Position numbers and translations under genes: made by a program. From Ophelia neglecta (taxonomy: Eukaryota), in the NCBI GenBank assembly GCA_965285935.1, contig OZ260661.1:66154001-66218000 (forward strand): DNA of 64,000 nt, given 5' to 3'. Below, piece by piece: positions 36,801 through 51,800 of this stretch (positions are counted from its first letter, which is position 1; every line of letters begins with the position of its first letter). The notes below the pieces were generated by a model, which was given only the letters and a program-made list of their open reading frames with translations, was not told the origin of the DNA and made no database searches.

Positions 36801-39800
36801 TCATGTTTACCAGTAGGAAATTCTGGTATTTTATATTGTCCGACTCATATCATGGTTACTAGAAGGTAATTCTAGAGTGTTATTTTGCCTGACTAATTTT
36901 AAGGTTACAAGTACGCAATTCTCGAATGTTATTTCCTCTTTACCATGCAGTACGTAAATCTGTAGACTTTTCCCTGCCTGAAGAAAAAAGTAGTCCAAAA
37001 TCCTTATGAATCAGTAAACACACATGTGTAGCATTTTAAAATCATGGATAAACCCTCGCAGCTATTTCTCTGGGAAGGACTCTCGTCTATATTCATATGT
37101 TTTTTTTTGATGTATTAAGGTTTCAGGATGCATTACAGCAAAACTTTGTGACAATAAGTGACAATTGTGGTTAGGTGGATTATCCAGTCTTAGACTGCAA
37201 TATCGGGTCACTCTTATTCACGAACGAAAATATATGTGGCATCGCAAAATATTAGTCTAGAGATTCATACTGGCACTTTGGTCTATATCAAACTACGTAT
37301 GCATTTGTTCGAGATATAGGTTCATATCGATGTATGAACAGGATATCCATCTTACTAGTATCAATTATTAAAATTCTAGTTGCAAGTCTCACGACAGTTT
37401 CGACGATGTAGTTTTTTGCTCTTTTAAACACGCAATAATATCATGGTTTTTTTGCAAAATGATGTTGAACAAAACATATAAAAAATCAACCTTGCGTTTT
37501 GAGCTAATCGAGTTTGATAGTTCACATGACCACGGGCAATTTGAATACGTAATGTGATTCGCAACCAATTGTCTATGGAAACCTATGGTACAATGGTAAT
37601 AGACATGTGGCTTCTCTCCACTTGGGCTCAATCCCCACAGAATATTGGCACAATTCACACAAGTTGGTGAGGGACCACCTGAAATGTCTTACTGGAAAGG
37701 AATCGATATAAACGCACGATTGTTCAAAAGAAATTATGGAAATGTGTCATTATCGTGGGATGGCGAATCTGCAAGATTGTGTGAAAGGACCATTGCAGGT
37801 GCGGATTAAGGGGGGAGCCCCCCCCCCCCCCCCCGTTTTGCCAAAAGTGGGCCCGGAGCAGTGCCTATTTCTGGACCCACGCAAGATGGTTTAAGAGTGT
37901 TGGTGACAAGGACAATCCAGTTTTTTTTGCCTTGCCAGCCTTGGAACATTTGCCCCCCCCCCCCCTTCCTGAAATCTTGGATCCGCCACTGACTTTTCAG
38001 AACAAAACATATCTACCACATAACGTTTCTTGTCTAGTCATGAATGGCTCATTCCCCGTTTTGTTTCCAACATGCAAAAACAGCTAGAAAGGGAGGCGCG
38101 GAAATATGAATCTACTATCTAATGCCAAGGGTAAACCCCATTATCTACATTTATCCGCGTGAAATATCTGGAGGCAAATATGGTTGAAGCGGAAACCAGT
38201 GCAATTATTTTCCGTGCCTGCTTCGTGGGTGTGTTCGGCAAGCTTCCTTTGTTTTACAAATGATAACACGATTCGATATGGGCTTTCGTCGACGTGCGGG
38301 CGTATTATAGCCTAGAGCCACATTTACCTAAGAGAGTATGTTGCTTCGCTCTATGCCAAAAATATTGCTAAGATTTATAGGCCTTATCTTGGATGTATAT
38401 GAATGCACGGAGTATACAGCCAGTGTTAAAATCCATGGCAGTGATTCATGATAAATGACTTTTTTCATTGTCAGTCGTCTATCTAATCTCGTCTCTTTTA
38501 CCTCGGTATATGACACTCCCAGTCCTTAGACCCGCACTATTTTCCTTCTTTTTTAGCAATAATATTTCTATCTTTTAAAACTTCTTTCCTTTTTCATATT
38601 TAATCTTTTCTCTAACCCTGACAGCTGAAGAAACTAAGTTTCTTGCCGAAGAAGAGTTTTCCTCTACTTTGGCGAGAAAATTAGTTTTTTCAGCCATCGC
38701 TCTAAGATCACCTTCAATAAATGATGTCCCCACACTACAAAGTTTGAGGCGAGTTTAATAAGACTTAGATATGGATGGAAGCTATATATGAGGTATCAGT
38801 ATTTGATGCTAAATAACAACGTGAGCGTTTGGGTTTTAAATTATCTTAAGGAAAGCAAAGTGTTGGTCTATACATATTGAACTACATGATATAACATCAT
38901 TTCGGACCTAACCATCGAGGCTGCCACACCCCAAGCTTCGATAGGTCGACACAGTCAAGCTTTTCAAGTCAATATGGATACAAACATTAACAGTGGAATA
39001 TCCAAAGGAGAATTACTACAGTCTATAGAGACAGCAAAAAGGGCCCGTCGAGTTACCGGCAAAATTAGAGCACGCCAAGATACATGTAGTTCAAATAGAT
39101 CTCAACTGTGAGGAAAACTGACCAATTTTAATTCCATTCAACATGTACAACCAAGAAACCGTCTAATATCTCTCCAACCCATGGGCCCCAACCATCCAAG
39201 CGAGTCAGATGTCTGGATCTCCTGCGGCGCCAGGGGTCACTGGTCCAGACGCTGTTCGGCAGCCCCGATGCGGTCAAAGCGGAAGGGTTTAGTTACATAT
39301 TTAATATATAAGACCATTATACTTGAAAAGTTATTGGTGGAACCTATGTGAAGTATCAGCATTTGATGCCAAATATCAACGTGAGCAGTTGCCTTTTAAA
39401 CTACCGTCAGGTAAGCCAAGTTATGATATATATACAACAGTATTTTCATTAAAGTTCACGCCATAACCTAAAATGTGAAAATCAACATACATGTAGTTCA
39501 TGTTCAACTTTAAAAACGGTACAAATGGCACCTTACCTCGACTCACCTGTTATACTTATCTCAAATTTTACAGTAACTACAAAAAGAAAAATATTGCTCA
39601 AAACCACAGAAAAAGGAAAATACTGGGAGCCATCTTGGATTTATTCAAATAAGGCTTTTGCTGTTACATTTATTGTTCAAACATTATTAATGGTTCATCA
39701 TTCTGCGCCAAAAACAACTCTTCTTGACAAAAAAGGGAGGTAAAGGCATTTGTATATATTACAATTTGATTTGAAGAATATTTAGTGTCCAACGCAACTG

Positions 39801-42800
39801 GGTTTTATTTCAATTATATTGAATTGCGCCTTGGAAACCCTGTCAGCGCAGTTGTTTTTCCCAGAATGGCGGGGAAAAAATTCTTAGGAATCAAAACTAG
39901 TCGACGAGAAAAAATGGATCCAATGTAAATTCTGAGCAAGGAAGTTCTATTTGTGCGAAAAAAACATCCTTCGGCCCCTTGAGCATAAAAAAAATGCAAG
40001 TATATAAAAAGCTACACAACGGCCCAGAATAACAGTTCACTCTTCCTTGAGGGGACATTTATAGCAAATGCTACTTGGATATTCAAGCCACAAACAGTGC
40101 AAGGGAATATATGGGCCCTGCTGCGATTTTACAGAAAGCCCTGATGACTCGATCGATCAGGAATGGCCTAATGGGGGTATAATCTGACAAAAATATTTCA
40201 AGGTCAAGGTGTAATCTGAGTCTGCAACTTCTAACAAAGAGGCTGTGAAGGACAAGCTGCCAAAAGGCTTTATATAATAAGTCCTTTTGAAAAATGTATT
40301 GGCCAGAAATCAAACTAAATTAATTTTCAATCTTAAGATCCGTCATGACGTAACATAATTAGGAGTTAGTAATAACAAATTAGATATTGAAGCTTAGCGG
40401 CATCTTCGACAACAAATGCCATACTGCCGAAACACTCTGACGGCTTTGTATTCAAGATTTGGGGGCGGGAAGGATTTCATATTTCTTTAAGTCCAAAGCT
40501 AAACGATTTTGTCTTTAGAAAACTGATCTGGCAACATACATGTAGGCATATCTGGGTGTGTAACCTCAATGACAATGCCAGTAGTATTGGGCAATGTTTT
40601 TTGCAGCGAAATGTACAGTTTATGTTGAAAGTCGATGATATATTACACTAAGCCTTGCAAGTCTGCATTTGAATCATTGTTTTATTTTTCTCAAATCAAA
40701 TGAGAGCATTACAATAGAGAAATTCAAACTATGTAAACAATCATAATTATGTACAAAGTGTACTATAAAACTACCACACTATTGTGATACATCGTTGATT
40801 GCCGGAAAGTATCTTCAATCTACTTACTACATGTCATTAAGTTACTCCAATCGGTTTACATAATAATATTTGAAAATAGATATACAGAATGGCCCATTAA
40901 ATACACACACGTGTTTCTATATTACATTTAAATCCGATTTTTATCCATAGCTATGCAACATCTACTGCCTAAAAGTTTAAAATCCGATCTGTAACAACCA
41001 CGTGGTCTAGCTTTACGAAAGTATCAACAGATTTATACAGAGCACATGGCTGTTTTATACCTTTAAGGTTTGAATTCTAGATTCTGTCTAGAAAACTGGT
41101 GTAGAAAAGGTGGATAACTAAAGCGTTACTTTTCACAAGACATTTGGGGGTCCATTGAACCAACCCATTCATACCTTTAGAAATTATGGATTTTCTAAGG
41201 TACAATCCATTGCCCTCGGATTTTGATGAAAATCTACCACCATGACGATATACATGTAGGTAATCAGACAATTCATATTTCAAACATACACTCAATATAT
41301 TAAGGACAAATCCGTTGGCTTTTAAACCTTTACGAGACCTATCGCAATCTAAGGTCAAATACATCTCTGCCAAATGATACTTCGATAAGTTACATAAAAA
41401 CATAAATTTCCTATTCTCAATTATACTTCCTTGCAATAGACATCCACCCAAGCATACACCTCGCTATCTCATCATGCATTCTCATTGACAAGCCTTGTAT
41501 GGTTTTTGCTATGAACTTTTGAGATCGTTCCAACTCTACCAGTACCTGTGGACTGAGATCATTGCACAGTTCGACTCCATGGAAAAAAGGAGGGATACGA
41601 ATCCACAACCCGGACGATGTCATTGGGTGAGGCACGTTGGTTTTTTGCCCACTGCGGCCATACCTGCCATTTTCCTCCTCGCTTTCTAACCAGCTGCTGT
41701 TTTTCTCAGAGCAGACGATAAATACGAGCGTAGGGTGACACCAGCGGGCGTCAGGGGTGTAACTTCTTTTCAGAGTTGCCACTCTCGCAGTTCCATGTTT
41801 TAGCCATTCTTATCTTCATTTCATCAAAATCTAATATCTTGCTATGTAGCTATGGCGAAACGTAGGCGCCAATATCTTTGAATATAAAACAGTTAAAGTC
41901 TAGCATTCGCTGTAAGCCAGAGACGGTTGGGGACATCGAGCAGTTTCGTCGGTTAAGGTATAGGAGATACCACATCTATGTCTTTCACGATAAGCCCATC
42001 TCTGTTATTACCAAGTTATCGTGTATGCCAATATACGAGTCAGAACATATGAACATGGAGAGCATGCCTCCCTGTTTTATACTAAGAGATATGGGAACTT
42101 GTTTGACATGGAACAACTGAACAGGACAGCCATTTTAGATCCGACTAGCGACATTCGAATCAGGTGCCAATGTTCACCACGTATACCCAAACAGAAGAGC
42201 TCCAGAGCTACTCTAGAAATGAAAAAATAGCGTGAAAAGGACAAATGGCCGTCTTCATCTTGGTCGCTTTGCTGAAGCTTAAACCACTTAGTTGATTGAA
42301 CGCATACAGCGTCCTTTCTCGGAAACCTAATTTATCTCTAGCGGGAACAATAAAAATCTAGGTGTTGACAGAATTTGACTTTATAGTTCCTCGAGGCCCG
42401 ATGTAGAATATCAAAACCCGGTCGAACACGAGGGGCTCCGAAGAACTGCAGAATTATTCAGGAGATTGTGGACATGGCTGTTTGCTCTGGAAAAAGAACT
42501 ATAGTGATAGGCAACTGCTCGTCTATCAGATGAAACTCTTCTCAGCGTTCTAAAGAGATTTTCTTATGTCCAATTCGTACAGTACTCAGGCACTCGAAAC
42601 TGACCGCAAGACACTCCCTGCAGCAGATATAACAAGTGCTTGTCATTCCACAGAATCATTGCATTTCATGTCATTTGCTGTTCTGGAGTATTTTCCAATT
42701 TACTTTCGAAAAATCGATGGCTTCTCCCAGAACATCTTCCTTGAGAGCCCGATCTGCCATTGAATTGGGCAACGATCGAAGCAAATATTTTATAACAGAT

Positions 42801-45800
42801 TTGCCGCTGAAGGTTTTGAATAGCGATAACAAACGATATAAGAAAGGACATATATAGTCCTAGCAAAGTTTGACCGCTGGCTTACGGGCGGGTTCCTACT
42901 GTGTGTTGAGCTATGCACCTCAGGTCTTGTTCTGGAACATTCCATTTTCTTTCGACTGATATCTTTGAAATGGCTGCAACTTTTGGCGAGCTTACGCAAG
43001 TCACCTTTGCTACTCACGTGTTGAAATAATTAGACCCGAGAGGACGATTGTCTCCCAACATAAATGAGTTCTTCAAAACCTACAGCCTATCTCTCAAAGT
43101 TCGCAACTCCCCGAAATGTTTAAATAATTTTGTTAACTAAGCACGTTTCAAATCAGATCTCTGAAATGATGTAATTCACATTTTTGTGTATTCAGGTTTT
43201 GGTATTGAATTTCATATTTAATGTCTAGTGTGATTTGTAGACTGGGTGCTAGAAGAAACAGTTTATAGTCGAATTGCATACGAAAATAGGAGTGTAAGAA
43301 CAGTTTTTAGTCGAACTGCAAACGAAAATGGGAACGTTAGAATGGTTCATAGTCGAAATGCATACGAAAATGTAGAAACTTGCTGACAGCTTTTTTTTTG
43401 TTGACGCTAATCTTGTTAGCAGTTTTGGTGAAATTACATACTATAAATGGTGTATAGGCCCTCAACGTGTATATACACATGGGTTTTCTGGGGTTTATTA
43501 TGCCGTTTTTAAGACCAACTGCGCCGGATGATAAAGTGCCCAGATGCGTCCTTTAATGGTGGGCTAAATCTGACAGTGACTCCGGAGAATCATCTCCAGC
43601 CATTGTTTCAGCATTGGCTTTTCTCAACTACAAATATGGCGGGGACAAATCATCAGCAATATCGATTGAAATTCATCCGCCAATGTCGTCTGCCGAGGGC
43701 CTCCCGGGACGGTCACGGTCCCAAATCATGCTTCTCCAAATTGATACTTTGGTAAAAAAATCAAATATGTCCAGTAATATAGGAACTCCTTACATAAGCT
43801 AAGGGAGCGTTCATTATTTATGGCCGGGGGGGGGGGGGTAAATTTTTGAAATGAGTACGTCAAAAAAAAATTGCCCCCCCCCCCTGGAAATAGGTGGGAA
43901 AAAAATTGCCCCCCCCCCTCAGAAATAGGTGGAAAAAAATTGCCCCCCCCCCATCAAAGACAGAATTTGGCTATGTTTTATCAGTTTCAATACACACTTT
44001 TGTACAATATATATTTCTAAATAAAATTGCGCACCCTGTGAATAGACTAAAAAAAAACTGTCCCCCCCATGGAAATGGGTTGAAAAAAAACTGTCCCCCC
44101 CATGGAAATGGGTTGAAAAAAAACTGTCCCCCCCCAAATTTACCACCCCCCCCCCCCGGCCATAAATAATGAACGCTCCCTAAGCAGGTTGATCAATGAT
44201 TAAAGGGCTCAGCAAGGCGTTAAGAGCCTACAGTTATTAGGTGAATATATATTGTATACAATATGGGCAATCTTCGTAACATATAAACATTAATTATTGC
44301 TACATGTGAAACGACATGTGAGCCGAAAATATAACAACGAAAATCTGCGATGACAAGCACTAATCTATACGTGGGTTATTCTTAGGAACATTTGTCGGTA
44401 AACCAAGCTAAATTAATGTCTCTGCTGCTCATGCTCTCATCCACCAGGTGCGGTTTCTGAGATATATATCGCTTTTTCCACAACCGTTCTTATGTGATTA
44501 TGGAACACAGTATATTTGGTATGTGAATCAATTCGTAACTACATCTGATTCACTAAGTTTGGAAGTTTCCCCGGTCACCTGTATTCGTCGCGCAGCTAAA
44601 AAAAGGGTAGGCCTTTATTATAATTCTTGCCAGAAACATATTTAATTGATCGAAGATCGGCTTGCCCTCTCAGCTGCATTTATATTTTCAATTTTTCGCG
44701 CCTTTGTCAAAATGACTTTGGATAAACAAAGCGTTTTGACGATAATCAACATTTCGGACGATTATGCACATATAAGTTTCTGCAGTTTTCCATAGCAAAC
44801 GTTAACATTTCGATAAAGGGTTCTCAGTTTTAAAAGTAAGCTTTATGAAAGTTAATAATGTCAGTTTTTATCATCGATGTTCAATGATTGACCAAAGAAG
44901 TTTAGTCATTTTACTTAAGCATTCGGGCGTTGCACTGAACATAACGCCATCAAATCTGAACACACTTGTCAACATAATTATATCAGGTAAGTGTTTCCTG
45001 GGCAAATGCAAGGATGCAAATTTAAACTGGATATCAATATAATACCAATTTCATGCACTATATATTTTCTAACTGTTTGCATTGGCAACGCCTGACTGGA
45101 GGAACGAATGACAATAAAAGAATTAGTGGTAATCGTGCATGAGTGTTCTCCGGATACCGAATTGTAATCGCGCTGGATCAAATGTTTACAATTCAATCCT
45201 TATTTACATTTACCTTTAATTTTTTGCTAAGGCCTACAGGTATATACATTCTCCGGAGCCGTTCGTATGTGTAATATAAACGAGTTCTATGATTTGTGAT
45301 TTACTTTCCACTGGCTCTGCTGAGATGGGGTTCATAAATCTACACATTGTGTTATATCGATTGAAACAATCGACTGCTTCCGCTCGGAAAAGAAATACTT
45401 CCCCCGAGAATGCTTCACTGGTGCTCGGTAACAGCTACGAGAAAACAGGCGATAATAGGGGAAACGATTAGTAGGCCTACCAGGGCACAGTGAGTAAACA
45501 TCAAGATTGTTGAAGGAATTCATGTGGGACTTGCAAGATCAATTTATCAGCCAAAAAACTATCTGTGTGAGTTGAATGAAGACAAGTAAAGTTAATGACT
45601 ATTGACTGTTACCTTGTTTATATCCGGAAGACAAAACTTAAGACCACTCAATGTCCTTTGTGCAAAATGCAAAAAATTATCGTTAATTAGTAGGGGACTT
45701 AATAAGCTGCAATGGGCCATTTGGCTTTGAGAAGATCACTGATATGGAAGGGGTAAGAGGTGCATTAATCAAGACCAAAGGTGGAATAAAAACATGTTCA

Positions 45801-48800
45801 CAATAAACAAGTTGCCGTAAGAAGAATTCCCTGTCACATGCAGTGTGTGGGATATTGTCGGCCTTCCCAGAATATTAATTGTGGCAAGCAAATGACATTT
45901 TGGCACATTTGGAGGCACCGGAAGAAACTAGGTCAACTGTCAGCAATTTGCCCTTTAGGAAGAGATCCACACTATAATCATATATGATAAAGGGTAATCA
46001 AGCATTAGTGCTATCCTATATTGTGAAATACTTTGTCATTCCCTTTGGGAAATTGAATCACTTGTCTCCACGCGTGTTCCATCGACTGGCCATGAAGCAT
46101 GTTTCAAAGAACGAACCCTACCAACTGGCAACGTTCCTTGCGATACAGGATATTGTGTCGGCAATCTATATACGCCTCCTAAGTGTGAAGTATATTATCA
46201 TATGTCGTGCGCATGTCGTATCAAAGGCTCTTGACATCATAAAATATAAAGAGATCTTCTAGTAAATCAAGAACTGATAATCAGGCAATTACAGAGAGAA
46301 CAGGAATCGACATAACATATGCTGACTATACGGGCCTCACGTGCAATTTCCTATAGATAATCAAGTTACCTTATAGATCTATCTTTGTATCTTCTACTGC
46401 GGAGTCTGAGTAAAGGCTTAGCCAAACGACATCATCAAATAACTCTTACTCCAGCTATTAATAAGGGTGAAACATGAATAAACGACTTAACGATTGCGAG
46501 TCCTTCCATCAAGACGTCATTAAGATATTAGTTATCAATCCATCACCAGAAAGTTCGCACTTAAACTGTTTTTGTCGGATGAAACATAGAATAAACGACA
46601 TTTAGATCGCGAGTACTCCCTTTAAAATGTATAGATTAAAGACTACTTGGTAAGTTTTTAAACTGCAATGCATGGCTGTATGTAGGAGATCGCATCTTCC
46701 TCAGATGTCTATTAAATGTCGTATGCATACATCGGGAAAACTATCCTAACGTAATTAATTGAACCTTTCTTAGTTCCGTTTTTATTTTCTAGTAATGGCG
46801 CCTTCTTTAGGCTTTAACTATAACTTAGTTAATGCTCAGGTGTGGGTCATCAAACAGGAAGTCGGGTCAAACTAGGTCATGTCTTTGTGTTTGATATACG
46901 CTAGAGCAATACTGGCTTTAGATAGTATTTCGCTTAGGGCAACCAGGCGAGTTCATCAATTCCTTCTACCAAATGATTGCAATCGATTCTCTAAATATTT
47001 CGCAAACGGACCAAATGAATTATATCAACAAAATTCCATTTCGCTCTCCTCTTTTGCTCTTATATGGAGTGAAGCGCCTAGAGCATATCAGCATGTTCTA
47101 TCTGAGCCTTACCAGATAGCCTTCTGTGTACATCAAAGAATGTTCGGCAATCGATACGGACACGCGTTCCTATTGGCTGATAATCGTTTGTCAAACACGT
47201 CTTAACCAGACCTCACTGCTGCATGCTATTAAAACTCAATATCACGGGAGTTTTGTCACCATATCACGTATGAAAACATTCACATGAAAATAATTCATGA
47301 ATGTTAAGTACATTATTATCCTTTTCAATCTGATAAGACTAACCAATTGCATAGTTTTTCTTAGCTAGCAGGAGGAAAACTCTAACCCCGATACAAAACG
47401 TATTTAATGAATAGCTGATGTTTTTGCAAGTCCAACGTTATTGCACGCCAGCCCGTGATCTGGTTTTGATCGCAGACAGTGAGCCTGGTTTTGATATATC
47501 AACTCATGACTTGAGAAGAGGTAAGGATGCAAGTAGATTGGGCATTGGCTCTTGTGATTTAAAAGCGCCCATATTTAGTGTGATTGAATCTGGCCTTGCG
47601 TCGGTGAGCAAAACATTCACCGTCAGAAGCTTCAGTGTTGATGAATCCTAAAACTAGCGCTAGTGGCTTCTGGAGAAATGTAAAGGGGTGCTCAATCATT
47701 TCAAAGGGTTGATAGGTTTCATCCAAATGGCCCTGATGGCAAATGTTTCACTCAATGGGCATAGCAACCCTTGACAACAGTACGTATCCTGCCGCCGGAA
47801 GCTTTAAGACCTCTGAGACATATACCCTTGGGGTAGCGCCCATCGCCTGACAAAGAGAACAAGGCAGACGATAAATCAGACCTAAGTGAACATAAAACAG
47901 AGAAAGCCAAACTGCTGCCGAACATTAAAAGCCTTTGTAGCAATTTGGATTCCGTAAATTGTGTGACGAAATGTCCATAGCGAAATTACAAATTTTTCGG
48001 TAGCCCCGCCAGTTCATAGTGCTCTGTATGGGTCTAAAACATAATTTAAAAAGACGCAAATAAATTTGATTGATTGTGAAGTTATCTGTCCGCGTTATTT
48101 ACAATTAAAGCCTTGATAGTTATCAGGTTAGAAGTTACCTTTTGCATTTTTAAAGGCAAACGACTAGAAACTAGAGTTGCGACTTGCCTGTTGGTAGAGG
48201 AGTTAGGCCACGTCGCGGTATATTCCGATAGTCGCCTATCACGTTCGGCCTAGTGGTAAAGGCAAGTGCTTTTACCAAAGCAGAACAATTATTGCCCAAT
48301 TGGCATGGACTTGTTGATTTCTACTCTTGTTTCTCCATTGACATCAAAATGCATGCTAGTTCCGAAAAAAATCCGTATAGGCCTAATGCTTAATATATTT
48401 TATGTGGGTTATGCAAGTATTCAGCCCAGTGTGAAAATTTGTGACGCATTCAGGACATACAGATCTATAACCAGCGAGATTAAGCCGATACATATGTTAC
48501 ACATATAACACTTCCTCGAACAGCAACCTCGGGCTATGAACCCTACGTGAATTCGTGAACTTACATGCTCATGTATGTTTACCTCTGAGATTGATCAAAT
48601 GTGAATTATTCTGGTAATATATATTGTAATTTTGTGTCGATATGGCGCTGTACCCACAAATCGGCTGTCGAAAAAAAACCGTCTAGGCTTATGATATATA
48701 GTTTTGGAGTCGTTTCTATAGCGCCGCATATCATGGTTTGTTTTAATTCTATCGACAACCCTTTCTAGGTTTACGGTTTAAAGTTTGCAAATGACCATCC

Positions 48801-51800
48801 ATCAGGCATGTCTTATTGGCCACATTGTGGGGAACATCCAGAATTTTTTGCATAATTCTCTCGAACCTTTGGCTACGTTCTTGTCTGTTTACCCGAGAAA
48901 TATCATATTTTGCGACAATCTAAAATGTACAAACCGTGCTTCTTCTAACGTTCTTACGATTAAGAAAGGTTTTAAGTTTCCCTTTTCTGCCATTATTGAT
49001 GCCATGCTGGAGTTCGCATTCATTTTAAAAAACTTCACGTAAAAGTTGATTGGACTTCCGAAAAACGACCTATATAGTGGAATTGGTGAGGGACGTTGTA
49101 GGAATTGTTTTTCGACAGTGCATAGACTAGGGCTTTACTGGAGACACAGGTGTTATGAATTTGTTGTGATCAATATATCTATAATAAGAACCTGAGTTTG
49201 AACGAGACTACCTTCATAATGCACTCAATAATTTCCTATTAGTTGTACCCCACTATATAAGTGGGTCAGCGCTCAAAGGCCATCGATCTGAGAGGAAATT
49301 GCTAATATAACATAAATGGGAAGAGGAAAAAGTTACTAGAAAGGGCCTCTCTCAAACAATTATCAACTCATTCTGTCTTCAAAAATTTATAGGACATCAG
49401 CAAGCAGCCAAATGGATCGGTACCATTGAAATGGTTGTCTTGGTGAACTCCCTAATCAAATTCTCTCTTGGAAGAGTGTCCCACGGGCCCTCCAGGAGCG
49501 AGGCGTAACAGCGGAATAGGGGGATTGGGAGGAGTTCGTAGACCAGGAGGTACCAGACCCAGACCTGGTTATTGTCTGCCATCAAACCGGATGCAGATGG
49601 CTACGAAAACATGAAAATCGACTTGCTCGCAAGTCGTCTGTGTACAAAGTGGGACTCGTGCAAACAAGACACGTGATGCTGATTGATCTGGCTACATCGA
49701 CGTTTCGACAATTGAGCGATGAGCAGGAAGTCTACCATGAAAAGAATGGAATATCATTAAAATGTGATTTTCCTTCTGAATTCCTGAGTTCTTATAGCCA
49801 CATGAACCCTTTGTCATGTAAAAAGTTGTCAGAATGAACCTGGGGATTGATGTTTGTCGGCCTGCAGTTTACGGTGCCTAGTGACAATTTTAATATGCTA
49901 TTCTTGATTAACGGCTTTGCTTGTCTACCGGGTGTCCAATGCCGTTTTTCTGCCTAGATATCGATATGCCTCTGAACTAGATATTATGTTTTTGTCAACG
50001 TCCATTGGTGACGGAGATCTATAATCATGCTGGTATTTCTCCACCATGGTATGATTTGTATCAGGAAGATTGATTTGGTAAAGGCCTATACATTTGAACT
50101 TTGACATATCGAATTGGCTTGATATTATTTGAAGTCGTGCGCCCACGAATATAGTGCAAGAGGTGCAGCTCGGCCCAATGTTTACTAATTATACTGTGGT
50201 GCATGCGTTAAGAGACTAATTATCTGATAATAGTGCATAGCAGAACCTGATTCGTAAATGCTAAATGGATAGGAGAGTGATAATCCTTTTTTCCCCGATA
50301 ATCTTAGATCCAGTCACCGAAATTTACGAATTCCTTTGATGTAGTTGATGAACAATGTGAATGTATGATCGAGCAAACACATCACGTCTCGAGCGCATTG
50401 AAATGTAGATCACCAAATTTCCCGATATTTTCCATTTGAATTCGGAATATTTTTGTTTATCCACCGTCACATACCAATGCCTAAGCTCGAAGGAAAGACA
50501 CACGTGTGGTTGAATACTAATAATTTGATACAATTGCTATTATTGGTACGTGGAGCCTTCTTGTGGTTCTTGCCTCTGTCTAAAGGGGAAACTTTATCTA
50601 AAGCGCAGAATGTTTAATTCCGGCTATAGAATATATGTCTGGCTACAATACTCGATTTTTTATTAAACTTAATTGTTCGAGTCTTTTATCGAATGAATTA
50701 ACAATGATTTGCATTATCTCATTTTATTTGGGCAGAATGAATGAATGTTGCCATCTTTTTACTGGGGGCAAATTAAGGTCTCTGTAATATAGAATAAATT
50801 TAGTAAAAAAATGTTTACCGGCTGATAAACGGAAAAAGATTATTTGATAGAAACCTCTATCTCGTAGAAAGAAGTCTATAAAATTGAGAAACATTGTCCA
50901 TTTAAATATATGTGATAACGCAAAATAATTTAAACAGTCTTATTTGACTGGCTCCTCAAATAATCTTATTTATTCTTACATGCGGTTGATCAAGATACAT
51001 TTCCCAGTGTATTGAACTCTCTTGACCTAATATTCGGGCTCACTGTAAAATTATATTCATGTAAAACATGATTTGTATTTTACATCTATCCAAAAAAAAT
51101 GCAAATCATGTGAAATCGAACAATATTGCGATATCTGAGAATCTATACATAATGTGTGTTACACAGTGTATATATAGTATATATGATAACATGCTAATAA
51201 AGACTGAAGCCTGTGAATTTGCGATTCCATTACTATCTGCACCGTGTCATTACTGGTATATATGCCATATAATTATGTTCATTGATTCCTCGTTGATTTG
51301 GGAGGCGTTGGTTGCGCTAACACATGTTCTCATTTCCGACTTGTTATTTGGTACAATATACAACATAATGTGATTATTGGTTTCCTTCCGGAAGCTTTGT
51401 AACGTTCTGTATGTCTTAGTGTAGAACAGTTCTCTTAAGTCAAATCGCCATGTTTTTGCATTATATGTTACGTTCTGAAACTTTGAAGGAATAAACATCT
51501 TATTTTTCTTACTTTAAAACTGCCATTAAAATGGTAAACTATATGTTAAAGTTCATCCCTATCACTTGCATGTGCAAGTCAATTATCACAGTGTGCCTAT
51601 TACATACCAGTTGCCACATTGAAGAAATCACACCTCACTAAAAAGGCTGGTTCCCCCGCTAATTTCAATTTGCCTTAATTTTGTTGTACAAAGTAGACTG
51701 ACACAGTAAAGTAAAAAGAACCTAGCTCTTTTGACTTAAGAGTAATCTTTTACCTTCACAGCAAAATTTGGCCAGTTCCTCCTATAGGTATTACATCAAA

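Noticed and set aside
41880-43020. Short ORFs in a coding-like stretch (similar ones at 47400-47960 and 54960-55400)
   Set aside because: No recognisable domain or consistent splice pattern; probably old transposon debris or regulatory sequence.
36726-43372. CRISPR-like appearance of the 49-bp and 42-bp repeats
   Set aside because: The units are contiguous, diverged tandem copies with no unique spacers, there are no cas genes, and the context is eukaryotic.
48240-48280. tRNA gene from GGCCTAGTGGTAAAGG (A-box-like)
   Set aside because: There is no B-box or cloverleaf; at most a SINE head fragment.
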